A stretch of DNA of 64,000 nucleotides, taken from assembly GCA_043778225.1 (NCBI GenBank), contig JAYWGM010000052.1, positions 1-64,000 on the forward strand, read 5' to 3'. This document shows positions 29,580 to 40,056 of the stretch, one piece after another; the stretch's first letter is position 1; every line of letters starts with the position of its first letter. The position numbers and the translations under genes are program-made. The DNA comes from Deinococcales bacterium. GTDB taxonomy: Bacteria > Deinococcota > Deinococci > Deinococcales > JAAFIG01. A model generated the notes under the pieces. That model was not told where the DNA came from. It did no database searches and saw only the letters and a program-made list of their open reading frames with translations.

Positions 29580-32500
29580 TTATCTGGCAGCCGTCAATCT
29601 ACCAAACTCAACTGGGATTTCACCGATTTCACGTTCAAAAGTTTGCTTTGCCCGCTCGAGTGTCTGGGAGGTACGAAAAACATCATCGGCAATCACTTCA
29701 AGAAATCGCTCAAGAATCCCAATGTCGAGCGGCTCGAGGTGATGCAGTTTCTCGAGCAAATTGGCATTGGGTGTTTCAAAACTGGTTTTGAGGACTGTAT
29801 CCCTAAAACTCTGCCAGAGTTGAGCGCGAATAATCTCGGCTTCGGGGACATCTATGCCCTTTAAGAAACTGCCTTTATACCAACCCAAAGCCGCATCAAA
29901 ATCGAGGCGCTCGAGGGCAGCCAAGAAAAACACAACATCGGCTTTGAGGTTCTGTAATTCGTACCTGCCATGCTGGTTATCAATCGTGGTGGCATCACCA
30001 AGGGCATCGCGCAGTCGTTTGATATTGACCCGAAATTTACCTTCGCTGGTGTGGCTGCTTTCTTCTTGCCAAAGTGCATCAATCAGTTCGGCTTTGGCAA
30101 TACTTGGTCCGTCTTCGCGCAAGTAGGCAACCAGCAGCATGGCGAGTAAATCACGGACTTTTGAGGCTCGCCAAGGTGTGGCAATACCGTCTTGCTCGAG
30201 TCCAAAGACACCAAAGGTGCGTAAGTACGAATTGGCAATCTGAGTGTCGAAATGCACTTTAGGTTCTTGAAAAAACAGCATGGCTTGCGGGAATAATCTT
30301 TCCAGAACAATCAAATGCCCACCAGCCTGTTGGCTGTGCAGCACCCCAAGGGCTTCTTTGGCTTGGGTTTGCAGCAAATCGGCTTGATTTAAGTACCAAT
30401 AAATAATGGCTTTTGCCAACTGCATTTCGGCTTTCTGGCAGGCATTACCAAGTGTGGCACTGTGTTCTAATGCCCTCACATTATGTTCAAGGGCTGTTTG
30501 GAATTGTTCTAAACCCAAGTAGACCAAAGCCAGACGGTGATGATGGTCGGCTAAACGGTCTGGTGGATAGCTAGAGACGGGCGCATCGGACAGAATTTTT
30601 AGCGCCGCCTCGAATTGCCCAATGTTTAAGTTCATTTCAGCCGCCTGTAAATGCCAGCTATAGAGTTTATCGGGTTCTAAAGCGAGGTCTGAAGCAAAAA
30701 ATGCTTTAACGGCAGCAACATTACCCAAAGTTGATTCTGTCCAGGCTTGAAAAAATTTAGCATTCCCAACTTGGATTGGCTTATTGATTTTTTCAAACAA
30801 CTCGATGCTACGAGCAAGATAAGCCCGACCAGAGCTTGATTTTGACATTGCAAATTCAGCCGCACTGGCGATGTAATAGGCGTGGGCGATTTGCAAACCA
30901 TCTTGTGTGGCTTGGGCATAACGCAATCCCTGAGCAAACATCTGACTGGCTTTTGGGTAACTGCCCTGTGATAAATAAATCAAACCAAAGTCGTTGTGCA
31001 TTTCGGCTAAACGCACCACCATGCCTAGTTCTCGAGCCAAAGCAATGGCTTCCTGCATTAAAGGCGCAGCTTGTTCGTGGTCTTGGGTGGCAGCTAAAGC
31101 TGCACTTTTTTTACTTAAAACCAGCATTAAATAGCGTGGGGTGGGACACTGCCTTGCCCAAATTTCGGCTTGCTCGAGAACTTCTAAAACCTTTTTTGGC
31201 TGGTCTTGGTAGTAATAAAAACGATTCCATTCAAACAGCAGTAACGTCTGGTCTATCGCATCGGTGGCAACCAGGGTTTTTAGAATCTCCTCGGCTTGTA
31301 AAAACTGCCCTTGGTTAATCTGAAATCGCGCCAAATGAAAGCCGATGCGACTGCGAATTGGTTCTGGGTATTTGAGAAACCCAGTTTGAGCAAAATCAAA
31401 CGCCTCTTGCGGTTTTCCAACAAAATCAAGGGCGTAAATACGGTGCAATGCAACATCGGCTGAATCATCGTTTTGGGTTTCCTCGAGAACCACATCGAAC
31501 TTGCCCAGTTCACGAAGCGACTCGAGATACGCCAGACGAACCGCTTTATCTGGTTGGTGCTGCAATAAAAATTGCGCCTCGAGGACAACTTCTTCATGGT
31601 CATAACTGGCTTTGGCATCGTGCAGCGCCAACCTCGACCATTCGATTGCTTTGGGATGATTGGCTGCCCGTGCATGATGCGCTTTTTCGGTATTTGAAGC
31701 AACGACATCAACTATTTTTAAGTGAAGCTTTTCTAATTCTGCTGCTCCCAATTGCGCCCGTACAAGCGGCGCAAATAACGGATGTGCCACAGCAAAGACC
31801 GTTTGACCCAAACTCAGAGCCTCACGCACTAAACCAAGGTACTCGAGTCTGGTTGCGATTTCTAGTAAATCGTGAGTTGGCACAGCCAAAATTTTTGAGA
31901 GGTCGGATAAGCTCACTTGGCGATTGAGGACACAAATGCCACAAAGTACCATCCAAAGCCGTGAATCACGTTTGGCATTGGCAATTCGAGCGTTCAGCAC
32001 CGCCTCGAGATTTGGCGGTAGACTTTTGCCTTTTGGAACTTCAAAAACCCAACTGATTCCAAGGTCTTTTAATGCCCCGCCATCGCGCAAAAAACGCAGC
32101 AACTCGAGGGTATACAGCGGATGACCTTCGGCTCGAGCCATCAGCCATGTGGCTAGAGCCTCGGGGAAGGCTGGGCTGTTCAAATGGCTTTGCAGTAAAT
32201 CATGCACCCCAAGCTGGTTCAGTCTTGATAAAACCAAGCGCTGCGGCGCGACTGCATTTTCGAGCAGCACCGAATCTTGGATAAACCCCTCGAGAAAGTT
32301 AATTTGGCTTGGTCGGGCTGAAATCACAAAAAGCACAGGCGCACGCCCCAGCAATGCCCGACGATACAACGCCCGAACCCCAGCAAAATCAGCGGCACTA
32401 ACCTCGTGGGCATCCTCGAGCAACAGCACCAAACCACCGCATCGGTGGGCTAAACGTTCAAAAGCCAATGCTACGGCATTCCACAATGCCAATTGGTCGG

Positions 32501-32816
32501 GCAGCACCACGGCTTGCGCCACTCGCGCCCAAGGTAGTTCTGGCACAAGCCGACGTGCCGCCTCGATAAAAGCGGGGTCGCGCTCGGATTCCAACGCCAG
32601 AAAACAATGCCGCAATGCCTGAGCTAACCAGCCATCAGGTGAACAAGAAAGTACCAAACCAGTTTTAATTTGGGTCGCAAAACCACGCAAGGCATGGCTT
32701 TTACCAATTCCTGCCTCCCCCTCGAGCAGCAGCATCTGCGTCTGACCACGGGCAGAGGCTGCCAACGCCGAATGCAGACCGCTCAGAACTTCGGAATTGG
32801 TATTCTCAAAAAGCAT
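29580..32816 (-). CDS. STAND-type ATPase, TPR array, C-terminal wHTH/BTAD-like transcriptional activator
   Basis: GEAGIGKS, 'LLLEDAH', 'AEGHPLY'; helical repeats; 'LRTFG...LIDALW...RLRDALG...YKGSFL'. Confidence 0.8.
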   Translation of the reverse strand: MLFENTNSEVLSGLHSALAASARGQTQMLLLEGEAGIGKSHALRGFATQIKTGLVLSCSPDGWLAQALRHCFLALESERDPAFIEAARRLVPELPWARVAQAVVLPDQLALWNAVALAFERLAHRCGGLVLLLEDAHEVSAADFAGVRALYRRALLGRAPVLFVISARPSQINFLEGFIQDSVLLENAVAPQRLVLSRLNQLGVHDLLQSHLNSPAFPEALATWLMARAEGHPLYTLELLRFLRDGGALKDLGISWVFEVPKGKSLPPNLEAVLNARIANAKRDSRLWMVLCGICVLNRQVSLSDLSKILAVPTHDLLEIATRLEYLGLVREALSLGQTVFAVAHPLFAPLVRAQLGAAELEKLHLKIVDVVASNTEKAHHARAANHPKAIEWSRLALHDAKASYDHEEVVLEAQFLLQHQPDKAVRLAYLESLRELGKFDVVLEETQNDDSADVALHRIYALDFVGKPQEAFDFAQTGFLKYPEPIRSRIGFHLARFQINQGQFLQAEEILKTLVATDAIDQTLLLFEWNRFYYYQDQPKKVLEVLEQAEIWARQCPTPRYLMLVLSKKSAALAATQDHEQAAPLMQEAIALARELGMVVRLAEMHNDFGLIYLSQGSYPKASQMFAQGLRYAQATQDGLQIAHAYYIASAAEFAMSKSSSGRAYLARSIELFEKINKPIQVGNAKFFQAWTESTLGNVAAVKAFFASDLALEPDKLYSWHLQAAEMNLNIGQFEAALKILSDAPVSSYPPDRLADHHHRLALVYLGLEQFQTALEHNVRALEHSATLGNACQKAEMQLAKAIIYWYLNQADLLQTQAKEALGVLHSQQAGGHLIVLERLFPQAMLFFQEPKVHFDTQIANSYLRTFGVFGLEQDGIATPWRASKVRDLLAMLLVAYLREDGPSIAKAELIDALWQEESSHTSEGKFRVNIKRLRDALGDATTIDNQHGRYELQNLKADVVFFLAALERLDFDAALGWYKGSFLKGIDVPEAEIIRAQLWQSFRDTVLKTSFETPNANLLEKLHHLEPLDIGILERFLEVIADDVFRTSQTLERAKQTFEREIGEIPVEFGRLTAAR

Positions 32817-32870
32817 AAAAACATGATAGCCCAAAACTTGATCTTAAAAATTAAAAAGCAAAAATAAGCC

Positions 32871-32900
32871 TTGACGTGATATACCCAAAGGTGTTACCCT
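32871..32900 (+). promoter_or_regulatory. Promoter of the asd leader
   Basis: TTGACG-18-TACCCT, 6 nt before the leader GTG. Confidence 0.65.
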
Positions 32901-32906
32901 TCCAGC

Positions 32907-32939
32907 GTGAATTTTACGAACACCACCACAACCATTTAG
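32907..32939 (+). CDS. Thr-rich attenuator leader peptide (MNFTNTTTTI)
   Basis: GTG AAT TTT ACG AAC ACC ACC ACA ACC ATT TAG, directly upstream of the attenuator hairpins and asd. Confidence 0.8.
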   Translation: MNFTNTTTTI

Positions 32940-32993
32940 CGACAAGCGCCCAACCGCCTGTCGCTTCCCGCCATCCCTAAAGGCGGGTTTTTT
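32938..32993 (+). terminator. Attenuator: protector, antiterminator and terminator
   Basis: AGCGACA/TGTCGCT stem; CCGCCT able to pair with AGGCGG; terminator CCCGCC/GGCGGG followed by TTTTTT. Confidence 0.8.
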
Positions 32994-33014
32994 ATTGAGT
33001 CAAAAGGAGAAACC

Positions 33015-34031
33015 ATGAAATTAGCCATTGTCGGAGCAAGCGGTGCAGTTGGACACGAACTTTTAGCCGTTCTCGAGAAATCAGACCTCAAATACGACCA
33101 ACTGCGCTTGTATGCCAGTCCGCGCAGCGCTGGTACGGTTCTCGAGTGCCGAGGACAAAAATTAACGGTCGAGGTCATGCCCGAAGGCAAAATAGATGCC
33201 GATGTGATTTTGGCTTCGGCTGGTGGCAGTATTTCTAAATCCCAAGCACCCATCTGGGCGGCTGGTGGCGCAGTGGTGATAGATAACTCGAGCGCCTTTC
33301 GCTACGACGATGCGATTGCCTTAATTGTGCCAGAAATCAACGGCGATGTCCTTTTAGCTCACGACTGGAGCAAAGGCGGCATTGTTGCCAATCCCAACTG
33401 CACCACCGCAATTGCCGTTATGGCACTTGACCCGATTCACCGCAAATACGGCATTAAACGCGCCATTATCAGCACTTACCAAGCCACAAGTGGCGCTGGC
33501 GCGAAGGGCATGAGCGAACTGCTCGAGCAAACCCGCAATGCTTTAGACAATAAACCAGTTACAAACGAAGTTTTTGCCCACAGCATTGTTTTTAATGTGA
33601 TTCCGCACATCGATTCTTTCCAAGAAAACGGCTATACCAAAGAAGAAATGAAAGTCGCTTGGGAGACCCGAAAAATCATGCGAGCGCCCAGTATTCGCCT
33701 AAGCTGCACTGCTGTGCGAATCCCAACGCTGCGTACCCATTCGGAAAGCATTACGCTAGACCTCGAGCAACCCGCCCAGCCAGATGATGTACGGGCGCTG
33801 CTCGAGACGGCGGCGGGTGTAGAAGTGCGCGATGACCCAAGCCAAAAACTGTACCCGATGCCTTTGACTGCCAGTGGCAAATATGATGTCGAAGTTGGGC
33901 GGATTCGTGCCAGCGAGGTTTTTGATGGCGGCATAGATTTATTTGTGGCTGGAGACCAACTCTTAAAAGGTGCAGCCTTAAACGCTGTGCAAATTGCTGA
34001 GTATATGCAGAATAAAGGCTTAATTAAATAA
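33015..34031 (+). CDS. asd: Aspartate-semialdehyde dehydrogenase
   Basis: 'GASGAVG', 'IDNSSAFR', 'ANPNCTT', '[16 protein letters not shown]'. Confidence 0.96.
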   Translation: MKLAIVGASGAVGHELLAVLEKSDLKYDQLRLYASPRSAGTVLECRGQKLTVEVMPEGKIDADVILASAGGSISKSQAPIWAAGGAVVIDNSSAFRYDDAIALIVPEINGDVLLAHDWSKGGIVANPNCTTAIAVMALDPIHRKYGIKRAIISTYQATSGAGAKGMSELLEQTRNALDNKPVTNEVFAHSIVFNVIPHIDSFQENGYTKEEMKVAWETRKIMRAPSIRLSCTAVRIPTLRTHSESITLDLEQPAQPDDVRALLETAAGVEVRDDPSQKLYPMPLTASGKYDVEVGRIRASEVFDGGIDLFVAGDQLLKGAALNAVQIAEYMQNKGLIK

Positions 34032-34114
34032 AATAATCACCTAAACCTACCTGCCACAAACGAAAAACAACAATTCGGATTCTCGAGCCACACACACAAA
34101 GTCTTCTCCCACGT

Positions 34115-34138
34115 GGGCGAGGCAAGCCCCGCCCCTAC
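34115..34138 (-). repeat. GTAG-type REP-like palindrome
   Basis: Minus strand GTAG-GGGCGGGGC-TT-GCCTCGCCC. Confidence 0.6.
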
Positions 34139-34165
34139 GGTTTAGCAGCACATTCCTCGGAGAAA

Positions 34166-35053
34166 ATGGTGATTACCCCAATTCATTTTGCATTGATTTT
34201 ATTTGTGGTTTTTAATTGGGGTCTGAGTTTTGTGGTGATTCATTTTGGCTTGCAGGGCGTACCGCCGCTTTTATTGGCAACCTTGCGTTTTACTTTAGCC
34301 GCCTTTCCATTGGTTTTTTTTTTGCGTCGCCCAAATGTGCCAGTTGTTTGGTTTTTGCTGTACGGCATTTGTACAGGTGTGATTCAGTTTGGGGTGGCAT
34401 TTACCGCCATGAACATCGGAATCAGTGCTGGGTTAGCCAGCCTCGTGATTCAAATGAACGGCTTTTTTACGGTTATTTTCTCGAGTATTTTTTTTGCCGA
34501 GCGGGTCAAATGGTTTGGCTGGCTCGGGCTTGGTGTGGCGTTTATTGGCATTGGCTTAATTGGCACAACCCGCGACTCGAGTGCCACCTTATCAGCGGTG
34601 CTGCTGATGTTGCTGGCGGCTCTTGGCTGGGCAAGTGCCAACCTTGTGGTGCGCCATGTCTCGAGTTTTAACCCAAAGCCAGATTTATTTGCGTTTGCGG
34701 TTCATGGCAATGCGTATGCGCCCTTGCCACTTCTCATGTTTTCCTTGCTGCTTGAGGGTGGGGTGCGGGATTGGGATGCAATAACCCACCTCAGCCTGAC
34801 CTCGAGTTTGAGTGTCCTGTATCTGGCTTGGATTGCCACAGTCGTTTGTTTTGGTGCGTGGGCATTTTTAATTGGGCAGTACGGTGCGGTCAAAATTGCC
34901 CCATTTAGTTTGCTTGTGCCAGTTTTTGGGATGGTTTTAAGTGCCTTGATGCTGGGCGAACAATTTGGTTTTATAAAATTACTGGCGGCTTTTTTGGTGG
35001 TGCTGGGTTTGGTGATTAGTGTCTTTGGCTCGAGAATATGGAGGTCGGTATGA
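34166..35053 (+). CDS. EamA/DMT family exporter
   Basis: 10 TM; 'WGLSFVVI', 'APFSLLVPVFG'. Confidence 0.9.
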   Translation: MVITPIHFALILFVVFNWGLSFVVIHFGLQGVPPLLLATLRFTLAAFPLVFFLRRPNVPVVWFLLYGICTGVIQFGVAFTAMNIGISAGLASLVIQMNGFFTVIFSSIFFAERVKWFGWLGLGVAFIGIGLIGTTRDSSATLSAVLLMLLAALGWASANLVVRHVSSFNPKPDLFAFAVHGNAYAPLPLLMFSLLLEGGVRDWDAITHLSLTSSLSVLYLAWIATVVCFGAWAFLIGQYGAVKIAPFSLLVPVFGMVLSALMLGEQFGFIKLLAAFLVVLGLVISVFGSRIWRSV

Positions 35054-35538
35054 ATTATGCAAGGCTACTTAAAAACGCATCTTTGATGGGTGCATTAAAA
35101 GAACTCGAGGAATTACTCAAGACGGGGCAGGAAACCTTTTTAGATTTTGAAGAAAACCAACTTGAGCAACCACTGGCAGCCAATAAATGGTCGCGCAAAG
35201 AAATTGTCGGGCATCTTGTGGACAGCGCCCTCAATAACATCCAGCGTTTTACTCGAGCGCAAATCCCAAGCCATCTCGAGCAGGGTGTCTTGGTGGTGGC
35301 TGGTTACGCGCAAAACGATTGGGTCAGTTTGGCGAAATATAACGACCGTCTGAGTGCCGATTTAATTGAACTTTGGCGCGGGCTGAACGAACATATTCTA
35401 AGTATTCTCGAGCAACCCAGCGCTGTCAGTTTAGCGGTGCAAATTCAAATTGGCGATGGCGAACCCAGCAGTTTAGAGGATGTGTTTATCAGTTATGTGG
35501 GTCATGTCAAACATCACTTGCAGCAATTAACGCCGTGA
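35050..35538 (+). CDS. DinB/YfiT family protein
   Basis: 'KWSRKEIVGHLVDS', 'YVGHVKHHLQQL'. Confidence 0.85.
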   Translation: MNYARLLKNASLMGALKELEELLKTGQETFLDFEENQLEQPLAANKWSRKEIVGHLVDSALNNIQRFTRAQIPSHLEQGVLVVAGYAQNDWVSLAKYNDRLSADLIELWRGLNEHILSILEQPSAVSLAVQIQIGDGEPSSLEDVFISYVGHVKHHLQQLTP

Positions 35539-35820
35539 TTTTTTGCGGTATGCTTCGCCGCGTTTCTCGAGACCTGCGATAAGAATGATTGGTGGTTCAA
35601 TGTTGACTGCAAAATACACCCGAAAATCCCCGACTCTTAAACGAAAAGGAGTAATGTATCCTTTACCGAGTGTTTCGATGTCGCCAATTGCCGTGACAGC
35701 TAAGCGTTCAATGCCATCAAGGACACGTTCAAGGTTTTCATTGGATAGTTTCTCTAAGGCTTTGCGAGCATGGCGGTTATATTCGATTTCATATGGTACA
35801 AGTTCAAGTCGAATGCTCAC
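35527..35820 (-). CDS. RelE/ParE family toxin
   Basis: 'YEIEYNRHARKALEKL...FRLRVGDFRVYF...KRGEAY'; GTG start overlaps the antitoxin end. Confidence 0.85.
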   Translation of the reverse strand: MSIRLELVPYEIEYNRHARKALEKLSNENLERVLDGIERLAVTAIGDIETLGKGYITPFRLRVGDFRVYFAVNIEPPIILIAGLEKRGEAYRKKSRR

Positions 35821-36103
35821 TTTTTCTTCGTTGCAAAATTTGGCGCATTTCGGCATGGCTGGTGGTTTCTGCCCGTCCTTCACGCCACTCGAGAATACCT
35901 GCCTGTACTTCTTCTGGGACAGCATCTTGGCTGACTCGAGCCAAACGCAATTTAGTAGTCAATGGGTGTTCAATTTCAGTTGGAATGGTTTCTTTCAGCA
36001 ATGTCTCGAGCGCTTGACGACGGGTACGAATTCCGCGTCGCTGGCGAAAAGTATCAATTCTTGCCAATCCTTCTTTGGAGAGGGCTTTTTCAAGCAGGGT
36101 CAT
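35804..36103 (-). CDS. Putative antitoxin
   Basis: 99 aa gene upstream of and overlapping relE; C-terminal 'EWREGRAETTSHAEM'; leaderless TAGAAT-N6-ATG. Confidence 0.65.
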   Translation of the reverse strand: MTLLEKALSKEGLARIDTFRQRRGIRTRRQALETLLKETIPTEIEHPLTTKLRLARVSQDAVPEEVQAGILEWREGRAETTSHAEMRQILQRRKSEHST

Positions 36104-36126
36104 GGCGGTATTCTAAGGGGTTTTTT

Positions 36127-37524
36127 ATGAATTTAATAGTTATGAAGTTCGGTGGTACGCTGATGGGCAGCACCGATGCAATTAAGCACAGCGCCAGTTT
36201 GGTGGCTGCCAATACCAAAGCAGGTTCTCGAGTCGTGGTTGTGCCGAGTGCCATGAGTGGTGTGACCGACCAGTTATTAAAAATTGCCAGCAGTGCCGAA
36301 CAGGGCGAAATTGACTTTGCCAATAGCGAGATTTTGCAAATGAAAACCCGTCACCTCGAGACCGCCAGCGCTTTAGCCATTCGAGAAGCTGGTTTAGAAA
36401 AACTCGAGGCGATGTTTAGCAGTTTATCCCAAACCATCAATGGAATTTACCTACTGCGTGAACTTTCTAAGCGAAGTAAAGATTTAATTGTATCTTTTGG
36501 CGAACGCCTGAGCGCTCCACTGATGAGTGCCGCCCTCGAGCAGCAAGGTATACCCGCCTTTGACCTGACTGGCGGACAAGCTGGAATGCTGACCAACAAT
36601 AATTTTGGCAATGCCCGACCACTGCCCGAAGCCTATAACCGCATTCCTAAGCGGCTCGAGGGATTATTCCAACAAAATGTCACGCCAGTCGTGACGGGTT
36701 TTATTGGCGAAACCACAACGGGCGCAATCACCACCCTCGGGCGTGGTGGCTCGGATTACACCGCCACCATTTTAGGCGCGGCACTTGGTGCAACCGAAGT
36801 TTGGACTTGGAAAGATGTGGATGGCGTGATGACCACCGACCCAAGAATCGTGCCAGAAGCCCAGAATCTCGAGCAATTGAGCTACGCCGAAATCATGGAA
36901 ATGGCGTATTTTGGGGCGAAAGTGCTGCATCCGTTGGCGGTTGTGCCACTGCAAGAAAAAGGTATTCCACTGCGGGTCAAAAGTGCTGCCGACCCGAGTT
37001 TTGCTGGCACACTGGTCTCGAGCGAATCACACCCATCAAAAACGGGGGTCAAAGCCGTCACTGCTGTTAGAAATGCCAACATCATCGACATTGGCGGCGC
37101 GGGCATGGTTGGGGCAGCCAACATCACCTCGCAAATTTTTGATGTGCTTGCCAGTTTAGATGTCAATGTGATTATGATTAGCCAATCCTCGAGCATGGCA
37201 AACATCAGCATTGTGGTGCAACAAGCCGATGGCAAACGCGCCCTAGAAGCGCTGCAAAAACAATTTGCGGAATCTGATAGTGTCGGCAAAATCGAATTCT
37301 GGGAAGCGATTAGCGTGATAGCGATTGTCGGCGAAGGAATGCGCGGCGCTAAAGGTGTGGCGGCTAAACTTTTCACGGCGGTTGCCAACGAAGGTATCAG
37401 CATAGATATGATTTCTCAAGGCTCGAGCGAATTAAACATTTCCTTAGCCATAGATGATGTGCATACTGTAAATGCGGTCAGAGCCATCCATAAAGCCTTT
37501 GGACTGGATAAACTCGAGGTGTAG
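36127..37524 (+). CDS. lysC: Aspartate kinase (2 ACT domains)
   Basis: 'VMKFGGT', 'SAMSGVTD', 'TLGRGGSDYTA', 'GAKVLHP'. Confidence 0.95.
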   Translation: MNLIVMKFGGTLMGSTDAIKHSASLVAANTKAGSRVVVVPSAMSGVTDQLLKIASSAEQGEIDFANSEILQMKTRHLETASALAIREAGLEKLEAMFSSLSQTINGIYLLRELSKRSKDLIVSFGERLSAPLMSAALEQQGIPAFDLTGGQAGMLTNNNFGNARPLPEAYNRIPKRLEGLFQQNVTPVVTGFIGETTTGAITTLGRGGSDYTATILGAALGATEVWTWKDVDGVMTTDPRIVPEAQNLEQLSYAEIMEMAYFGAKVLHPLAVVPLQEKGIPLRVKSAADPSFAGTLVSSESHPSKTGVKAVTAVRNANIIDIGGAGMVGAANITSQIFDVLASLDVNVIMISQSSSMANISIVVQQADGKRALEALQKQFAESDSVGKIEFWEAISVIAIVGEGMRGAKGVAAKLFTAVANEGISIDMISQGSSELNISLAIDDVHTVNAVRAIHKAFGLDKLEV

Positions 37525-37768
37525 AATGAATTTTCAAGAAGCCCAAGAAATCAGCCAAACCAAATTAACTTAATCACTCTCGTTTGACTATTTTGACCCT
37601 GAAAGCACGGCGTAAAAATCCGAGTGTGGATACCCAAGCTAAACTTGAGGCAGAAGTGATTATCTTAAAAATCCATGCTGAACAAACCGCTTTGATGAAT
37701 GTTGAGAACTGATGAAAGCTGCTGTTGCCCTTTATGTTTTTAGGATGCGCCCAAAAAGTGAGCAAAAC

Positions 37769-38890
37769 CTAATTTTTGATAACGTTTATTGGGCTGAGTA
37801 AGCGTGGGGTTTTACCTGTGCGTTGCTGGTATTCTTTGGCAATACTTTGACCCGCTTCGCGCCCAAACCCAACATTGGCAAGCATCACCACGCTACCGCC
37901 AAAGCCGCCGCCAGTTAAACGAGCCCCATAAATTTCAGCCGTATCTTGCGCCAATTCAATAATCAAATCTATTTCGGGTTCAGAAATATCGTAATCGTCG
38001 GTCATTGAGGCGTGCGAAGCGTAGAACAATGCTCCCAAGGTCTCGAGGTCGCCAGCTTCTAGGGCAGCCACGGCTTTTAAGACTCGAGCATTTTCACTAA
38101 TCACGTGTTTGGCGCGGCTCGAGAATGGTTTTGGTAGGGCAGCGACACGATCTAAATCGCGGGGCAGTAAATCGCGCAGGCTGTCTATGCCCAGTAAAGC
38201 ACAAGCCTGTTCGCATTCGGCACGACGGGTTTTGTAATTGCGACTACCATTTAGCGTGGTGTGGCTGTGGCTGATGCCACTGTGCAAAATAACCAGTTCA
38301 AGATTTTTTGGTAGTGCCACAGTTTGGGTCTCGAGCGTCTTAAAATCTATAAATAGGGCTTCACCGTTTTGTCCAAGGCTACACGCCATTTGGTCAAGTA
38401 AACCAACCCGAGCGCCAACCAAGCCATTCTCGGCACGTTGGGCAATTTTGGCAACTTCTAAATCGGATAACTCGAGTTGGTAGGCTGCCCGCAAGGCTTT
38501 GACGGTACAAACCAACAATGCCGCACTCGAGGAGAGTCCGCTACCCAAGGGTACATCGCTCGAGAAAACAGCTTCAAAGCCACTTAATCTATGCCCGTCT
38601 TGGCTCAACACCTCGGTCACGCCTTGAATATAGTCAAGCCAATCTTTGCCTGCTTGTTCTGAACCAAGGCTATACTCGAGCAGTTGATTTTTTTGGACAC
38701 TAAAAATCTGCACTGTCTGGTCGTTTCGCGGCTCGAGCAGCATCGTACAGCGCTGTAAAATTGGAGTCGGTAAAACCAGACCCTCGTTGTAGTCGGTATG
38801 TTCACCAATCAGGTTGACTCGCCCGGGACTCGAGGCTTGTAGGCTGGCTTCTTTGGAAAAATGGTTTGTGAAAATCGCGGCTAAATCCAT
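37769..38890 (-). CDS. galK: Galactokinase
   Basis: 'PGRVNLIGEHTDYN', 'GSGLSSSAA', 'GARLTGGGFGG'. Confidence 0.95.
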   Translation of the reverse strand: MDLAAIFTNHFSKEASLQASSPGRVNLIGEHTDYNEGLVLPTPILQRCTMLLEPRNDQTVQIFSVQKNQLLEYSLGSEQAGKDWLDYIQGVTEVLSQDGHRLSGFEAVFSSDVPLGSGLSSSAALLVCTVKALRAAYQLELSDLEVAKIAQRAENGLVGARVGLLDQMACSLGQNGEALFIDFKTLETQTVALPKNLELVILHSGISHSHTTLNGSRNYKTRRAECEQACALLGIDSLRDLLPRDLDRVAALPKPFSSRAKHVISENARVLKAVAALEAGDLETLGALFYASHASMTDDYDISEPEIDLIIELAQDTAEIYGARLTGGGFGGSVVMLANVGFGREAGQSIAKEYQQRTGKTPRLLSPINVIKN

Positions 38891-39077
38891 AGGCTTAGTT
38901 TAACGTCTTTTCATCTAAGACAGGGCTTAACGTCTGCTTTTTTAATTTTTTCTTGTCTGGGACAAAATATACGCCTTTTTATTGGGTTAGTCCTGTGTTC
39001 GTACTCGAGTGCATTTGTGCAAGAGGTGCTTGCAAGTGCGCTCTTGGGGCTTTAGGATACACAGCACCGAAATTATT

Positions 39078-40055
39078 ATGATTCTTAAAGAACGCTACGA
39101 ACAAGACTTACGTCTGGTCGGCTCACCGCAAGGTTGGGCAATCTTTACTTTGACCATTGGGCTGCTGCTTTTAATACCGCAGCTTTTTCCAGCTTACGCT
39201 TATCCGGTAGCGCTATTTATGGTGTACAGCTTGGTGGCGATTGGCTTAAATATCTTGGTTGGTTTTACTGGGCAAATTTCGCTGGGTCACGCTGGTTTTT
39301 TTGCAATTGGGGCGTACACAATCGCTAAACTTGCACCAATGATTACTTTTCCTATCGCCCTGGTGGTGGTGGTGGTGATTTGTGCCGTGGTTGGCTATCT
39401 GGTTGGTATTCCAGCCTTAAAGCTCGAGGGTCCATATTTAGCGATTGCCACCAGTGGTTTTGGTTTAGCAATGCAGCAATTTTTTGGCAATACCCCGAGC
39501 GATTGGTTTGGTGGACAGAGCGGTTTGATTGTTGAAAAAAGCCAGTTGTTTGGTGATTTATTTGCTCGAGACCGAGCCTATTACTACATTATTTTAGCGG
39601 TGGTGTTACTGATGGTCTATATGGCGTTTAACTTGGCGCGTTCACACATTGGTCGAGCCTTTGTGGCAGTGCGCGATGCCGAACTTGCCGCCCAGACCAG
39701 TGGGGTCAATGTTGCCAAAATCAAAACCCTTGCTTTTGCCATTTCGGCGGTTTATGCGGGTGTCGGTGGAGCATTATTTGCACCGTTACTGGGCATTGTT
39801 TCGCCAGAAAGTTTTGGCTTGTTGCTGAGTGTGCAGTTTTTAAGCATGATTGTGATTGGTGGCATTGGCACGGTGGCGGGTGGCATCCTTGGGGCGGGTT
39901 TGGTAACAGTGCTGCAAGACCAACTGGCGCAGGCTGGTGGTTGGTCTGGGCTTCTATACGGCTTGGTGGTGCTGGTGGTCATGATTCTCGAGCCACTGGG
40001 GTTGTACGGGCGCTGGATGAAAATAAAACTCTACTGGAAGACGTGGCCATTCTAA
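39078..40055 (+). CDS. Branched-chain amino acid-type ABC permease (LivM-like)
   Basis: 'GLNILVGFTGQISLGHAGF', 'YLAIAT'. Confidence 0.9.
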   Translation: MILKERYEQDLRLVGSPQGWAIFTLTIGLLLLIPQLFPAYAYPVALFMVYSLVAIGLNILVGFTGQISLGHAGFFAIGAYTIAKLAPMITFPIALVVVVVICAVVGYLVGIPALKLEGPYLAIATSGFGLAMQQFFGNTPSDWFGGQSGLIVEKSQLFGDLFARDRAYYYIILAVVLLMVYMAFNLARSHIGRAFVAVRDAELAAQTSGVNVAKIKTLAFAISAVYAGVGGALFAPLLGIVSPESFGLLLSVQFLSMIVIGGIGTVAGGILGAGLVTVLQDQLAQAGGWSGLLYGLVVLVVMILEPLGLYGRWMKIKLYWKTWPF

Positions 40056-40056
40056 T

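Noticed and set aside
37526..37771. Short broken reading frames between lysC and galK, including a lipobox-like 'FLGC' fragment
   Set aside because: Possibly gene debris, but too short and fragmented to assign.
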